Notes: a model not told the origin generated them from the sequence alone. Shown: positions 1 through 9,444, counted from the stretch's first letter. The stretch is 64,000 nucleotides of DNA from an uncultured Microthrixaceae bacterium (GCA_963717755.1 CAVQWY010000002.1:826013-890012), one strand, 5' to 3'. Numbers and translations are program-made.

Positions 1-2
1 GC

Positions 3-626
3 CACGGCCGCAAGGGCCCGCTCGACTTCCGCAGCACGGTGCGCCACTCGCTCTCGTACGGCGGCGTGCCAGCGGAGCCCAAGTTCAAGTACCCGCGTCC
101 GTCCAAGCCGGAGATCATGGTGATCGCCGACATCTCCGGCTCGGTCGCCGCGTTCGCCCGCTTCACCCTGCACCTCGTGTACGCGATCTCCGGCCAGTTC
201 TCGAAGGTCCGCGCGTTCGTGTTCATCGACGGCATCGACGAGGTCACCCGGATGTTCGAGGGCGTCGAGGACATCTCCGAGGCGGTCCACCGAGTCAACA
301 CCGAGGCCGACGTCGTGTGGGTCGACGGCCACTCCGACTACGGGCATGCCTTCGAGGTCTTCTGGGAGCGGTTCGGCAAGGAGATCACGCCGAAGACGAC
401 GGTGATGATCCTGGGCGACGCCCGGAACAACTACCACGCATCCCAGTCATGGGTGCTCAAGGAGATCGAGAAGCGGGCCCGTCACCTCTACTGGCTCAAC
501 CCTGAGCCCAAGAGCTACTGGGACACCGGCGACTCGATCGTGGGCGAGTACGCGAACCACTGCGACGGCACGTTCGAGTGCCGCAACCTCCGCCAGCTGG
601 AGAAGTTCGTCGACTACCTGGCGTAG
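3..626 (+). CDS. VWA domain CoxE-like protein (5' end outside window)
   Basis: Frame open from window start (HGRKGPLDFRSTVRHSL...); MIDAS-like DISGS, GHSDYG, ILGDARNN and WLNPEP motifs typical of VWA_CoxE proteins. Confidence 0.85.
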   Translation, partial: HGRKGPLDFRSTVRHSLSYGGVPAEPKFKYPRPSKPEIMVIADISGSVAAFARFTLHLVYAISGQFSKVRAFVFIDGIDEVTRMFEGVEDISEAVHRVNTEADVVWVDGHSDYGHAFEVFWERFGKEITPKTTVMILGDARNNYHASQSWVLKEIEKRARHLYWLNPEPKSYWDTGDSIVGEYANHCDGTFECRNLRQLEKFVDYLA

Positions 627-790
627 GCGCTGAGGGGCTCGGCGACGAGCTGGCGTCGGCGCTCGGGCGGGCGCTTCAGCTCGTCAGCCCACGCGAGGAG
701 GTCATCATCGGTGGGCTGCGGCGGCAGGTGGTCGTCGGTGGTGCGATGGAGGGCGGCAAAGAGGTTCACCCCTCGTGGTTCGATGGCCAC
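614..790 (-). CDS. Small hypothetical protein, 58 aa (MAIEPRGVNLFAALHRTTDDHLPPQPTDDDLLAWADELKRPPERRRQLVAEPLSAYAR)
   Basis: GTG at 790 preceded by AGGAG with 8-nt spacing, immediately after the cysH stop; below the ORF-track size cutoff. Confidence 0.5.
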   Translation of the reverse strand: MAIEPRGVNLFAALHRTTDDHLPPQPTDDDLLAWADELKRPPERRRQLVAEPLSAYAR

Positions 791-805
791 GACGGTGACT
801 CCTGC

Positions 806-1480
806 TCAGTCGTGGAGGCCGCACTCCGTCTTGTTGCTGCCCACCCAGCGCCCGCTGCGGGGGTCGCTCGGGTCGGTGGGGAGGTGCGTGCAGGGCTGGC
901 AGCCGATGGAGAGGTAGCCCTTCGCCTTGAGCGGGTTGACGATCACGTCGTGGTCGGCGATGTAGCCGTCGACGTCGACGTCAGACCAGTTGGCCAGCGG
1001 GTTGACCTTCACCAGGCCGCGCAGGTCGCGAGCCACGATCGGCGCTTGCCCGCGTGTGGCCGCCTCGACCCGTCGCAGGCCGCTCATCCACGCCGCCTTT
1101 CCCTCGAGGGCTCGGTCGAGCTGGCCCACCTTGACGGCCGAGCAGCAGTTCTCCGGGTCGACCTTCCAGAGCTCCTCGTCGTGGTGGGGGACCGTCATCA
1201 TCCGGAGGTTGAGGCCGTAGTGGCGGCGCACCAGCTCCACCGTCTCGAGCGTCTCGGGGAAGTGGTAGCCGGTGTCGATGAACATCACCTCGATGCCGGG
1301 GTGCACCTTGGTGGCCAGATCGATCAGCACGGCATCGTTCATCGAGGCGCTCAGGCTGAGGTGCGGGGCGAAGCTGTCGACCGCCCACTGGATGATCTTG
1401 GACGCGGAGAGGTGCTCGAAGTCGCGGTTGAGCTCGGCCAGCTCCTCGTCCGTGAAGTCGGCGACCTCGACGAGGCTCAT
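806..1480 (-). CDS. cysH: Adenylylsulfate (APS)/PAPS reductase
   Basis: DTGYHFPET, CC pair (ENCCSAVK), GYLSIGCQPCT and C-terminal ECGLH; CC plus CxxC indicates the [4Fe-4S] APS-reductase type; start MSLVEVAD at 1480. Confidence 0.93.
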   Translation of the reverse strand: MSLVEVADFTDEELAELNRDFEHLSASKIIQWAVDSFAPHLSLSASMNDAVLIDLATKVHPGIEVMFIDTGYHFPETLETVELVRRHYGLNLRMMTVPHHDEELWKVDPENCCSAVKVGQLDRALEGKAAWMSGLRRVEAATRGQAPIVARDLRGLVKVNPLANWSDVDVDGYIADHDVIVNPLKAKGYLSIGCQPCTHLPTDPSDPRSGRWVGSNKTECGLHD

Positions 1481-1577
1481 CGGTGGGTCCTCGCCTGTGG
1501 TGACGACGGGCTCGTCGGCTGCTCGGGGGCCCGATGAGCCGTGCTCACTGTGCTGATTGGTTCGCTTGCAAGCTCGC

Positions 1578-3348
1578 TCACGTTGCGCACTCCGACTCAC
1601 CGGTCTCGGCAACGTAGGGGCCGGTCTCGCCGTAGTCGACGTAGTACTCGGGTCCGTCCTCGGGGGTCGGGAACTCGTCGAGGTCGCGGAGGTCGTCGGC
1701 GATGACCTTGGCGCCACCGGAGCGGTCCATCCACGAGCGGAACACCTCGCCGGCCTCGCGCTCGTCGTTGAACCGGCGGACGACTCGCACGACCGCCTCG
1801 GGAGCGTTCTTGGCCGGGAGGCGCAGCGCCTTCTCGCCGAAGTGGATCTTCTCCTGGCCGACGTACCCGCCGAGGAGCAGCTGGTAGCCCGGAGCGGACT
1901 TTCCGTGCGCCCGGCGCTCGGCCCCGAAGAACCCGATGTCGGAGATGTGGTGCTGGCCGCAGCTGTTGGTGCAGCCGGAGATGTTGGTGCGGATGCCGCC
2001 GACGTCGGAGAGGCCGGCCTCGTCGAGGGCGGCGCCGATGGCGTCGGCCAGGCCACGGCTCTGGGTGACAGCGAGGTTGCACGTGTCGGCACCGGGGCAG
2101 GCGACGACGTCGCGCGACAGCTCGGCGCCGGGCTCGGCCATGCCGATGGCGCTGAGGCGCTGGTGCAGGATCGGCAGCTGGCTCTCGGAGAGGCCGCGGA
2201 ACACGAGGTTCTGGCGGTTGGTGATTCGCACGTCGACGCCCAGCTCTCGCTGGATCGAGGCGAGCGCCCGGAACTGGGCGGTGGTGATGTCGCCGAGGCG
2301 GGCGTAGGCGATGGCGGACACGGTGCCCTTGGAGACGCCGCGGACCACGTTGGCGTCGTCCCAGGCCTTGTAGGGGTCGTCGCGCCGCAGCGTGACCGGG
2401 GTGCCCTGGCCGACCGGGGTGGGGGTGACGCCGAGGCCGAGACCGGCGGGGGCGTCACCGAGCTTCATGACCGCGTCGGGGATGCCGCCCGGCCAGGTGG
2501 ACGACGCCACGAGGAACTTCCGCTCCTTGATGATGCGGGCTTGCAGGTCGTCCCAGCCCATCGTGTCGACGAGCCACTTCATGCGGGCGCGGAGCTTGTT
2601 GTCGCGATTGCCGTGGTTCGAGAACACGCGCAGGATCGCTTCGAGCGTGGCCATCAGGTCCTCGCGGGAGGTGAACTCCTCGAGGGCGAGGGCGGGGTGA
2701 GGGTTGGCGCCGAGGCCGCCGGCCACGAACACCCGGAAGCCCGCCTCGCGGGTGCCGTCGTCGAGCGTGCGAGTGGTGGCGATCACGCCGACGTCGTTGA
2801 ACATCGCCTGGCCGCAGTCGGTCTCGCAGCCGGAGAAGTTGATCTTGAACTTGCGGGGGAGCCGCTGGCTGAGCGGGTGGTGGAGGAAGTGCTGGAAGGC
2901 GGCTTCGGCCCACGGGCTGATGTCGAGGGCTTCGTAGGGGCAGGCGCCGGCGAGGTGGCAGCCCATCACGTTGCGGACGGTGTCGCCGCACGCCTCGCGG
3001 GAGGTCAGGCCGACGGAGGCCATGTCGCGCAGGACGGCGGGGACCTGCTCGAGGTCGACGAAGTGGAACTGCACGTTCTGGCGCGTGGTGAGGTGGCCCC
3101 AGCCCCGGCTGTAGGTCTCGGCGATGTGGGCGAACATGTCGAGCTGCTCAGGGGTGATGGACCCGTAGGGGACCTTCACCCGCACCATCTGGTGGTGGCC
3201 GCCCTGGCGTTGTCCGTAGATGCCGTTGTTCAGGCGGAAGACCCGGAAGGCGTCCTCCTCGAGGTCGCCCGAGAGGTACCGAGCGAGCTGCTCCTCGAAC
3301 TTCTCGATGTCGGCACGTGACCTCGGGATCGATCTCTCGTTGCAGCAT
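1578..3348 (-). CDS. sir: Ferredoxin-dependent sulfite/nitrite reductase (Sir/NirA family); one-base frameshift near 3317
   Basis: FRLNNGIYGQRQ, HLTTRQNVQFH, LPRKFKI, CPGADTC...ISGCTNSCG siroheme/Fe-S ligands; N-terminus MLQREIDPEV is one base out of frame; adjacent cysH favours sulfite reduction. Confidence 0.88.
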
Positions 3349-3407
3349 GGCTGGCCTCGGTGCGATGGGATGCTCAGGAATCCTGAGCGGACGGCTCAAC
3401 AATGGTG

Positions 3408-4782
3408 TCAAACCCGAGTCAGCGGGTCAACATTCCCTGATCGCTGCAGAAGCTCAGCCACCCGGAAGGCCAGATCCAGGCTCTGGCGGCCGTTGAGCCG
3501 GGGATCGCACATGGTCTCGTAGCGGTCGTCCAGGTCGGCGTCGAGGATCTCCTCGGCCCCACCCAGGCACTCGGTGACGTCGTCGCCGGTGAGCTCGACG
3601 TGGACGCCGCCGGGCCAGGTGCCCTCGGCCCGGTGGGCGGCGAAGAACCCGGCGATCTCCCGCATCACCGCGTCGAGGTGGCGGGTCTTGCGCCCGCTCT
3701 CCGAGGTGAAGGTGTTGCCGTGCATCGGGTCGCATGCCCACACGACCGGGTGACCGGCGTCGCGGACCGCGGCGAGGAGCGGGCGCAGGACGTCCTCGAC
3801 CGCGTCCGAACCGATCCGGGTGATCAGCGTGAGGCGACCGGGGGTGCGCTCGGGGTTCAGCGCTTCGCACAGGTCGAGCACCTCGTCGGCGGTGGCCGTG
3901 GGCCCCACCTTGCAGCCGACCGGGTTGCCGACGCCGCGCAGGAACTCGACGTGGGCACCGTCGGCCTGCCGAGTGCGCTCACCGATCCAGAGCATGTGGG
4001 CCGAGCAGTCGTACCAGTCGCCGGTGAGCGAGTCCTGGCGGGTGAGGGCTTCCTCGTAGCCGAGGATGAGCGCCTCGTGGCTGGTGAAGAAGTCGACCTC
4101 GTGGAGGTTGGGCTGGGTCTCCGAGTCGATGCCGCACGCGCGCATGAAGCGGAGCGCCCGGTCGATCTCGTCGGCGAGGCTGCTCGTACCGCTGGCCCTC
4201 TCGGCTCGAGCTGACGAACCGCTGGTTCCACTCGTGGACTCGCGACAGGTCGGCGAAGCCGCCCTTCACGAAGGCGCGCAGCAGGTTCAACGTCGACGCC
4301 GACTGGTGGTACGCCTGGAGCAGTCGCTCGGGGTTGGGGACGCGTGCCGCGGCGGTCGGCAGGATGTCGTTGACGATGTGACCGCGGAACGACGGCAGCT
4401 CGACCCCGTCGATCATCTCGACGTCGGCGGAGCGCGGCTTGGCGAACTGACCGGCGATGCGACCGACCTTCACGATCGGCACACCCGACGAGTAGCTCAG
4501 CACGATCGCCATCTGGAGGATGACCTGCAGGCGATCGCGGATGCCGTCTGCCGAGAACGAGTCGAAGGACTCGGCGCAGTCGCCGGCCTGCAGCAGGAAG
4601 GCTCGCCCGTCGGCCACCTGGCCGAGGGCGCTGGTGAGGTTGCGGGCCTCGCCGGCGAACACCAGTGGCGGCAAGCTGGACAGCTGCTTGAGGGTGGCCT
4701 CGAGCGCGCCGTCGTCGGGCCACGTGGGTTGCTGCGCGGCGGGGTGGTCGCGCCAGGAGGAGGGGGCCCACGTCTCGCTCAT
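3408..4782 (-). CDS. aroG: Class II 3-deoxy-7-phosphoheptulonate (DAHP) synthase; frameshift near 4185
   Basis: LPPLVFAGE, QAGDCAESF, GRIAGQFAKPRS, TSHEAL, WIGERTRQ, CDPMHGNT and CDPRLN, split across ORFs 3979..4782 and 3408..4145. Confidence 0.93.
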
Positions 4783-4846
4783 CGGTGTCCAGCGTTGCCG
4801 GTGAGTGGCGTGAGGAGCAAAGCCAAATGGCGGACGGGCACCTCAC

Positions 4847-4960
4847 GGAAAAGGTCGATCGGCCGCCCCAGGCGGGTGGGGCGGCCGATCGGACAGGAAG
4901 CCGGGCGAGCGGGCGGTGCCACGGCTTCTGCTGCAGGGGCGGTGGGTGTGCCCCTACGTG
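4847..4960 (-). ncRNA. Candidate three-hairpin small RNA or structured 3' region, ending in an intrinsic terminator
   Basis: Stems 4935-4940/4950-4955, 4897-4903/4922-4928 and a perfect 15-bp stem 4856-4891 followed by ACCUUUUCC on the minus strand; all loops are C-rich. Confidence 0.4.
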
Positions 4961-5036
4961 ATGCCCATCTTGTACCGGCGAATGCCCGTTTGCCTACCGA
5001 AAATTCGGCCAGATCCGTTCGGTTCTCAGGAAAGGG

Positions 5037-5867
5037 TCAGGCCGCGTCGCTGCGAGCGAGCGCTTCCTCACGCACCGCGGTCACAGCTCGCTTGACGAGC
5101 CGTCGCGCGGCCTCGGCGGTGACCCCGAGGGTCTCGCCGACCTCGCGGTAGCTGCGCTTGCGGCCATCGGTGAGGCCGAAGCGCTGCTCCACCGCGGACC
5201 GCGCCCGGTCGTCGAGGACGCCGAGCAGATCGCCGACCAGCGCCTGCTCCTCGTTGTGCACGAGCATGGCCTCGGGGCCGGGCTTGTCGTCGGCGATGAG
5301 GTCGATCAGCTCGCTGCCGTCGTCGTCGCCGACGGTGCGGTCGAGGCTGGTGGGCGTGGTGAGCCGGTAGAGCCGAGCGTTCTCGTCGTCGAGCTCGTCG
5401 CCGTCGCCGGAGACCTGCCGGAGGGCGGCCCGGAGGCTCGCGGAGCGGTCGCCGGGGAGGCGCACGAGGGAGGCCTTCTGGTCGAGGGCGCGGCCGATGG
5501 CCTGCCGGATCCAGAACGTGGCGTAGGTGGAGAACTTGAAGCCCTTGCGCCAGTCGAACTTGTCGACGGCGTGCTCGAGCCCGAGGTTGCCCTCCTGGAT
5601 CAGGTCGAGGAGCTCCATGGCCGGCGGCAGGGGGTAGCGCCGCGCCACGGAGACCACGAGGCGGAGGTTGGCTCGGATGAAGCGGTCCTTGGCCGCCGCG
5701 CCCGTGCGGGACAGGCGGCGGTTCTCGGGGGTGTCGTCGCCGGCCTCGATCGCGGCGCGGGCCTTCACGCCGGCTTCGACGGCTTGGGAGAGCTCACGCT
5801 CTTCGGAGGCGGTGAGCAACGGCACGAGGCCGATCTCGTTGAGGTACTGACCAACTGAATCTGTCAT
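5037..5867 (-). CDS. RNA polymerase sigma-70 factor, compact RpoD/SigB-like
   Basis: Region 1.2 DSVGQYLNEIG, region 2 ANLRLVVSVAR...DLIQEGNLGL...FSTYATFWIRQA, region 4 HTH; RBS GAGGAG before ATG 5867. Confidence 0.92.
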   Translation of the reverse strand: MTDSVGQYLNEIGLVPLLTASEERELSQAVEAGVKARAAIEAGDDTPENRRLSRTGAAAKDRFIRANLRLVVSVARRYPLPPAMELLDLIQEGNLGLEHAVDKFDWRKGFKFSTYATFWIRQAIGRALDQKASLVRLPGDRSASLRAALRQVSGDGDELDDENARLYRLTTPTSLDRTVGDDDGSELIDLIADDKPGPEAMLVHNEEQALVGDLLGVLDDRARSAVEQRFGLTDGRKRSYREVGETLGVTAEAARRLVKRAVTAVREEALARSDAA

Positions 5868-6049
5868 GGCAACACTCCTCAACGATTGCTAGCGCTGGCA
5901 TCTTCCCCGGAGAAGCGAATTTCCACCATCCGGATAGGGCAAATGTCCACAACCAGCACCAGGATCCCGGGATTCCGGTCGTCCGGGTGACCCATGTCAC
6001 CTGCCCCGGCCGCTCGGAGCCCGAGCGGGGCAGGGAATAGGTTTCCGGG

Positions 6050-6661
6050 ATGGCGAGCGCGGGTCAGGGCGAGGGGGAGCGTCTCGGGCTCTTCGGCGGC
6101 ACGTTCGACCCGCCGCACGTCGGCCACCTCGTCTCGGCGGTCAACGTCCGTCACGAGCTCGCGCTCGACCGGGTGCTGCTCGTCGTGAACAACCTGCCGT
6201 GGCAGAAGACCGGCACCCGGGCGATCTCCCCGCCGGAGGAGCGCTACGGGATGGTGGCGGCCGCGGTCGCGGACGTGGACGGCCTCGAGGCCAGTCGCAT
6301 CGAGATCGACGCGGGCGGGCCGTCCTACACCGCCGACACCTTGGCGACCCTCCTGGCCGAAGACCCCACGCGGGAGCTGTTCGTGATCCTCGGGATCGAT
6401 GCGGCCGCCGGTCTCCTCACGTGGGAGCGATGCGAAGAGGTGCGCGACCGCGCCACGATCGTCGTGGTCGACCGGCCGGGCGCGTCACCCGCCCCCACGC
6501 CCGACGGGTGGCGGTGGACGCGGGTCGAGGTGCCGAGCATCGAGGTGTCGAGCACGGATCTGCGCGCGCGGGCGGTGGATGGTCGACCGCTCGACTACCT
6601 CGTCACCCACGAGGTGGCGGACTGGATCGAGGCGCACGGCCTGTACCGGGGCGACCCGTGA
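6050..6661 (+). CDS. nadD: Nicotinate-nucleotide adenylyltransferase
   Basis: GLFGGTFDPPHVGH, PSYTADTL, VSSTDLR. Confidence 0.95.
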   Translation: MASAGQGEGERLGLFGGTFDPPHVGHLVSAVNVRHELALDRVLLVVNNLPWQKTGTRAISPPEERYGMVAAAVADVDGLEASRIEIDAGGPSYTADTLATLLAEDPTRELFVILGIDAAAGLLTWERCEEVRDRATIVVVDRPGASPAPTPDGWRWTRVEVPSIEVSSTDLRARAVDGRPLDYLVTHEVADWIEAHGLYRGDP

Positions 6662-7824
6662 CCGACCTCGTCGACGACGTCGAAGCACCCCCGGCCGCGC
6701 ACCTCGCCAAGGAGCCGGCGCCGTCGCGTCGCTGGATGGTCGTGTTCACGTCGATCCTGCTGGCCGTGCTCGTGACGGCGGCCGGGCTCACCTACGTGGG
6801 CATCCGGACGGTGCGTGAGAGCCGGGCCGGGCGCAGCGTGTCGACGGTGACCGATCCCGCCCTCCCGGGCTTCGAGGCGTTCCTCGAGCCGACGCCCACC
6901 CTGCTCGTCCTCCACGCCTCTGGGAAGACGTTGCTGTCGGCGGCGGTGCTGGCGCTCAACTCCGGCGACACCGGCGGATCCGTGCTCCTCGTGCCGCCCG
7001 CCACCCGGATGAGCCGCGCCGACAACGCGCTGCCCCTGTCGGTCGTGTCCGCCTACGGCGGCGGGGCCACGGACGTCCGACCGCCGTTGCAGGACATGCT
7101 CGGGATCGGCCTCACGGAGGTCGTCGTGATCGACGACGCCCGCTGGGCCGAGCTGCTCGCCCCAGTCGCGCCGCTCGCGCTCGACAACCCCGACGCCCTC
7201 GAGGACTTCCCGGCCGGCCCGCTCTCGCTGGCCGCTGACCAGGTGGGGCCGTACCTGGCGGCTCGAAACGAGGGCGAGAGCGACCTCGCGCGGCTCTTCC
7301 GCCAGCAGCTGCTGTTCGAGGCGTGGGTCGATGCGGTGGCCGAGTCCTCGGAGCCAGCGGCCGTCCCCGGCGAGCTGGACTCGGGCATCGGGCGCTTCGT
7401 GCGAGGCCTGGCCGCGGGCCCCCGCCAGGTCGCCACGCTCCCCGTCGAGGAGACCCCGGCAGGAGAGGGAAAGCGCATCGACATCGACACGGATGCCGCC
7501 GCGTCGCTGCTGGCGACGCTCGTGCCGTTCCCCACCGCCTCGCACCCTGGCGCACGTACGAGGGTCCGGCTCCTCGACGGCACGGGTGACGCGCAGCACG
7601 TGATCACCGCCGCGCCGCTGATCGTGCCGGCCGGGAGTGAGATCGTGGTGGTCGGCAACGCCGACCGCTTCGACTACGAGGCCACCGAGATCCGGTACCA
7701 CGACCCGCTGCAGAAGGCGGCTGCCGAGGCGCTCCGAGCGGCCCTCGGCACAGGCCGCGTCATCGATGACGCTCGCCAGACCGACGCGTTCGATGTCACC
7801 ATCGTGCTCGGACCCGACGTGTAG
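6658..7824 (+). CDS. Membrane-anchored LCP-like protein with LytR C-terminal domain
   Basis: GTGA overlap with nadD; N-terminal TM helix; C-terminal VRLLDGTG...VGNADRFDY...DVTIVLGPD (LytR_C); nadD-LCP-rsfS order is typical of actinobacteria. Confidence 0.75.
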   Translation: MTDLVDDVEAPPAAHLAKEPAPSRRWMVVFTSILLAVLVTAAGLTYVGIRTVRESRAGRSVSTVTDPALPGFEAFLEPTPTLLVLHASGKTLLSAAVLALNSGDTGGSVLLVPPATRMSRADNALPLSVVSAYGGGATDVRPPLQDMLGIGLTEVVVIDDARWAELLAPVAPLALDNPDALEDFPAGPLSLAADQVGPYLAARNEGESDLARLFRQQLLFEAWVDAVAESSEPAAVPGELDSGIGRFVRGLAAGPRQVATLPVEETPAGEGKRIDIDTDAAASLLATLVPFPTASHPGARTRVRLLDGTGDAQHVITAAPLIVPAGSEIVVVGNADRFDYEATEIRYHDPLQKAAAEALRAALGTGRVIDDARQTDAFDVTIVLGPDV

Positions 7825-7835
7825 GAGCGATACCT

Positions 7836-8213
7836 CTGGCGAAGCAACCCCCCGAAGACGAGACCCGGCAGTGGGCGATCACCGCCGCCCGGGCCGCTGA
7901 CAGCAAGCAAGCCGACGACGTGGTGGTGCTCGAGGTCGCCGAGGTCCTCGCCCTGTGCGGCTGGTTCGTGATCGCCAGCGCCGGCAACGAGCGCCTGGTC
8001 AAGGCCATCTGCGACGAGGTCGAGCAGCAGATCCACCACGCCGGTGGGCCCAAGCCCAAGCGCATCGAGGGCCTCCAGGACCGGCAGTGGGTGCTGATGG
8101 ACTACGGCGACGTCGTCGTCCACGTGTTCCTGCAGGAGCAGCGCGACTTCTACGACCTCGAGCGCCTCTGGGCCGACGTCCCCCGCGTCGACTGGGCGGA
8201 ATCCGCCGCCTGA
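7836..8213 (+). CDS. rsfS: Ribosome silencing factor RsfS (Iojap); probable CTG start
   Basis: WVLMDYGDVVVHVF...FYDLERLW; conserved helix AARAADSKQADDVVVL lies upstream of the first GTG; AGGAG 8 nt before in-frame CTG at 7836. Confidence 0.9.
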   Translation: MAKQPPEDETRQWAITAARAADSKQADDVVVLEVAEVLALCGWFVIASAGNERLVKAICDEVEQQIHHAGGPKPKRIEGLQDRQWVLMDYGDVVVHVFLQEQRDFYDLERLWADVPRVDWAESAA

Positions 8214-8219
8214 ACGCCT

Positions 8220-8245
8220 GAAGGCCCGCCTCTCGGCGGGCCTTC
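8220..8245. terminator. Hairpin between convergent rsfS and tRNA-Ala
   Basis: Perfect 11-bp inverted repeat GAAGGCCCGCC-tctc-GGCGGGCCTTC. Confidence 0.7.
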
Positions 8246-8321
8246 TGGTGGAGCCGACGCGGATCGAACGCGCTACCCCCTCGATGCCATCGAGGTGCTC
8301 TACCAACTGAGCTACGGCCCC
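8246..8321 (-). tRNA. tRNA-Ala (anticodon GGC)
   Basis: 76-nt cloverleaf GGGGCCGTAGCTCAGTTGGTAGAGCACCTCGATGGCATCGAGG...GTTCGATCC...GGCTCCACCA; G3:U70 alanine identity pair; encoded CCA. Confidence 0.97.
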
Positions 8322-8377
8322 GTAGGGATCGGTCAGCCTACGGCAGCCCTGTCATACCTCGCCAATACCGTTTGCCG

Positions 8378-8785
8378 ATGGTCGCTGAAGCACCGTCGGT
8401 CATCGGAGCTCGAGCGGAGCTCGCCGTCGCGAGCGCCCTTTGGAAGCAGGGCATCGACGTCTATCTGCCGTTCTTCGGAGCTCACTCGCGGGTCGATCTG
8501 ATGGCCGTCACGCCCTCAGAGACACTGCGTGTGCAGTGCAAGACGAGTCGCCTCCTGGACGGGGTGGTGTACTTCCGCACCTGCAGCCTCACTCGAAACG
8601 TCGCCCTTGACTACCGAGACGAGATCGACGTGTTCGGCGTGTACTCGCCTGAGCTCGACCTCGTGTACCTCGTCCCGATCGGCGTCACTTCGATACGCGG
8701 GTGCAGCTTGCGGCTTGAACCAACGCGCAACAACCAGAAGGCGAAGATCCATTGGGCGGCTGACTACCTCATCGGTCCGCCATGA
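8378..8785 (+). CDS. PD-(D/E)XK endonuclease, group I intron-associated (PDDEXK_5-like) family
   Basis: GARAELAVA...RVDL...RVQCKT core, IDVFGVYSPELDLVYLVP and LRLEPTRNNQ pattern; less GC-biased codons than neighbours. Confidence 0.78.
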   Translation: MVAEAPSVIGARAELAVASALWKQGIDVYLPFFGAHSRVDLMAVTPSETLRVQCKTSRLLDGVVYFRTCSLTRNVALDYRDEIDVFGVYSPELDLVYLVPIGVTSIRGCSLRLEPTRNNQKAKIHWAADYLIGPP

Positions 8786-9444
8786 ACCGGCCGCCGAGCC
8801 AGGATGGGCCGATGTGGGCGCCCGGCGAGACGATCGTGCACCAGGAGGTCTGGCGAGATCGCGTGTGGGCGGCGCGTCCGCTGACGGTCGTCGAGGACAC
8901 CGACGATCGGCTCATGTTGTGGATGCCCAGAGGGACCCGGCGCAAGGTGCCCGTCACGCCGCCAGGCCGTACGGATCCGGGCTCGGTCAAGGACCGCACG
9001 ATCGAGAACCTGGCGCGTGGCGACTGGGTCCACGGCGACCACGTGTGGGACGTGTCGACGCTGTGGCTCGTGCGACCTGGTGACTGGCACTCGGTGTGGG
9101 TGTCCTGGCTGGAGTCCGGCGCGCACTTTGGCTGGTACATCAACCTCCAGCAGCCGTACCGGCGGACCGAGCTCGGGATCGAGGCGATGGACCTGATGCT
9201 GGACGTCGTCGCCGAGCCCGACCTCACCTGGCGGTGGAAGGACGAGGACGAGTTCGACGAGCTCCTCGCACGAGGCGTCTTCGACACCGCGACGGGGTTG
9301 CGCGTCCGCCAAGAGGCGGAGGCTGTGATCGGCCGCATCGAAGCGCGCGAGGCACCCTTCTCCGAACCGTGGCCGGCCTGGCGGCCCGACCCGGGATGGC
9401 CCCAACCCGCCCTCCCGGATGGATGGGACGTGGTCCCGGCCTAG
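8782..9444 (+). CDS. DUF402 domain protein
   Basis: GWYINLQQP...MDLMLDVV...WRWKDEDEF signature. Confidence 0.85.
   Translation: MNRPPSQDGPMWAPGETIVHQEVWRDRVWAARPLTVVEDTDDRLMLWMPRGTRRKVPVTPPGRTDPGSVKDRTIENLARGDWVHGDHVWDVSTLWLVRPGDWHSVWVSWLESGAHFGWYINLQQPYRRTELGIEAMDLMLDVVAEPDLTWRWKDEDEFDELLARGVFDTATGLRVRQEAEAVIGRIEAREAPFSEPWPAWRPDPGWPQPALPDGWDVVPA

Noticed and set aside
4783-5036. Aromatic amino acid leader-peptide attenuator for aroG
   Set aside because: No short ORF with Trp/Phe/Tyr runs found upstream of the terminator-like hairpin
8246-8321. tRNA-Ala as an attachment site of an integrated element, or as intron-containing
   Set aside because: No integrase, no duplicated tRNA 3' end noticed in the window, and the cloverleaf is uninterrupted
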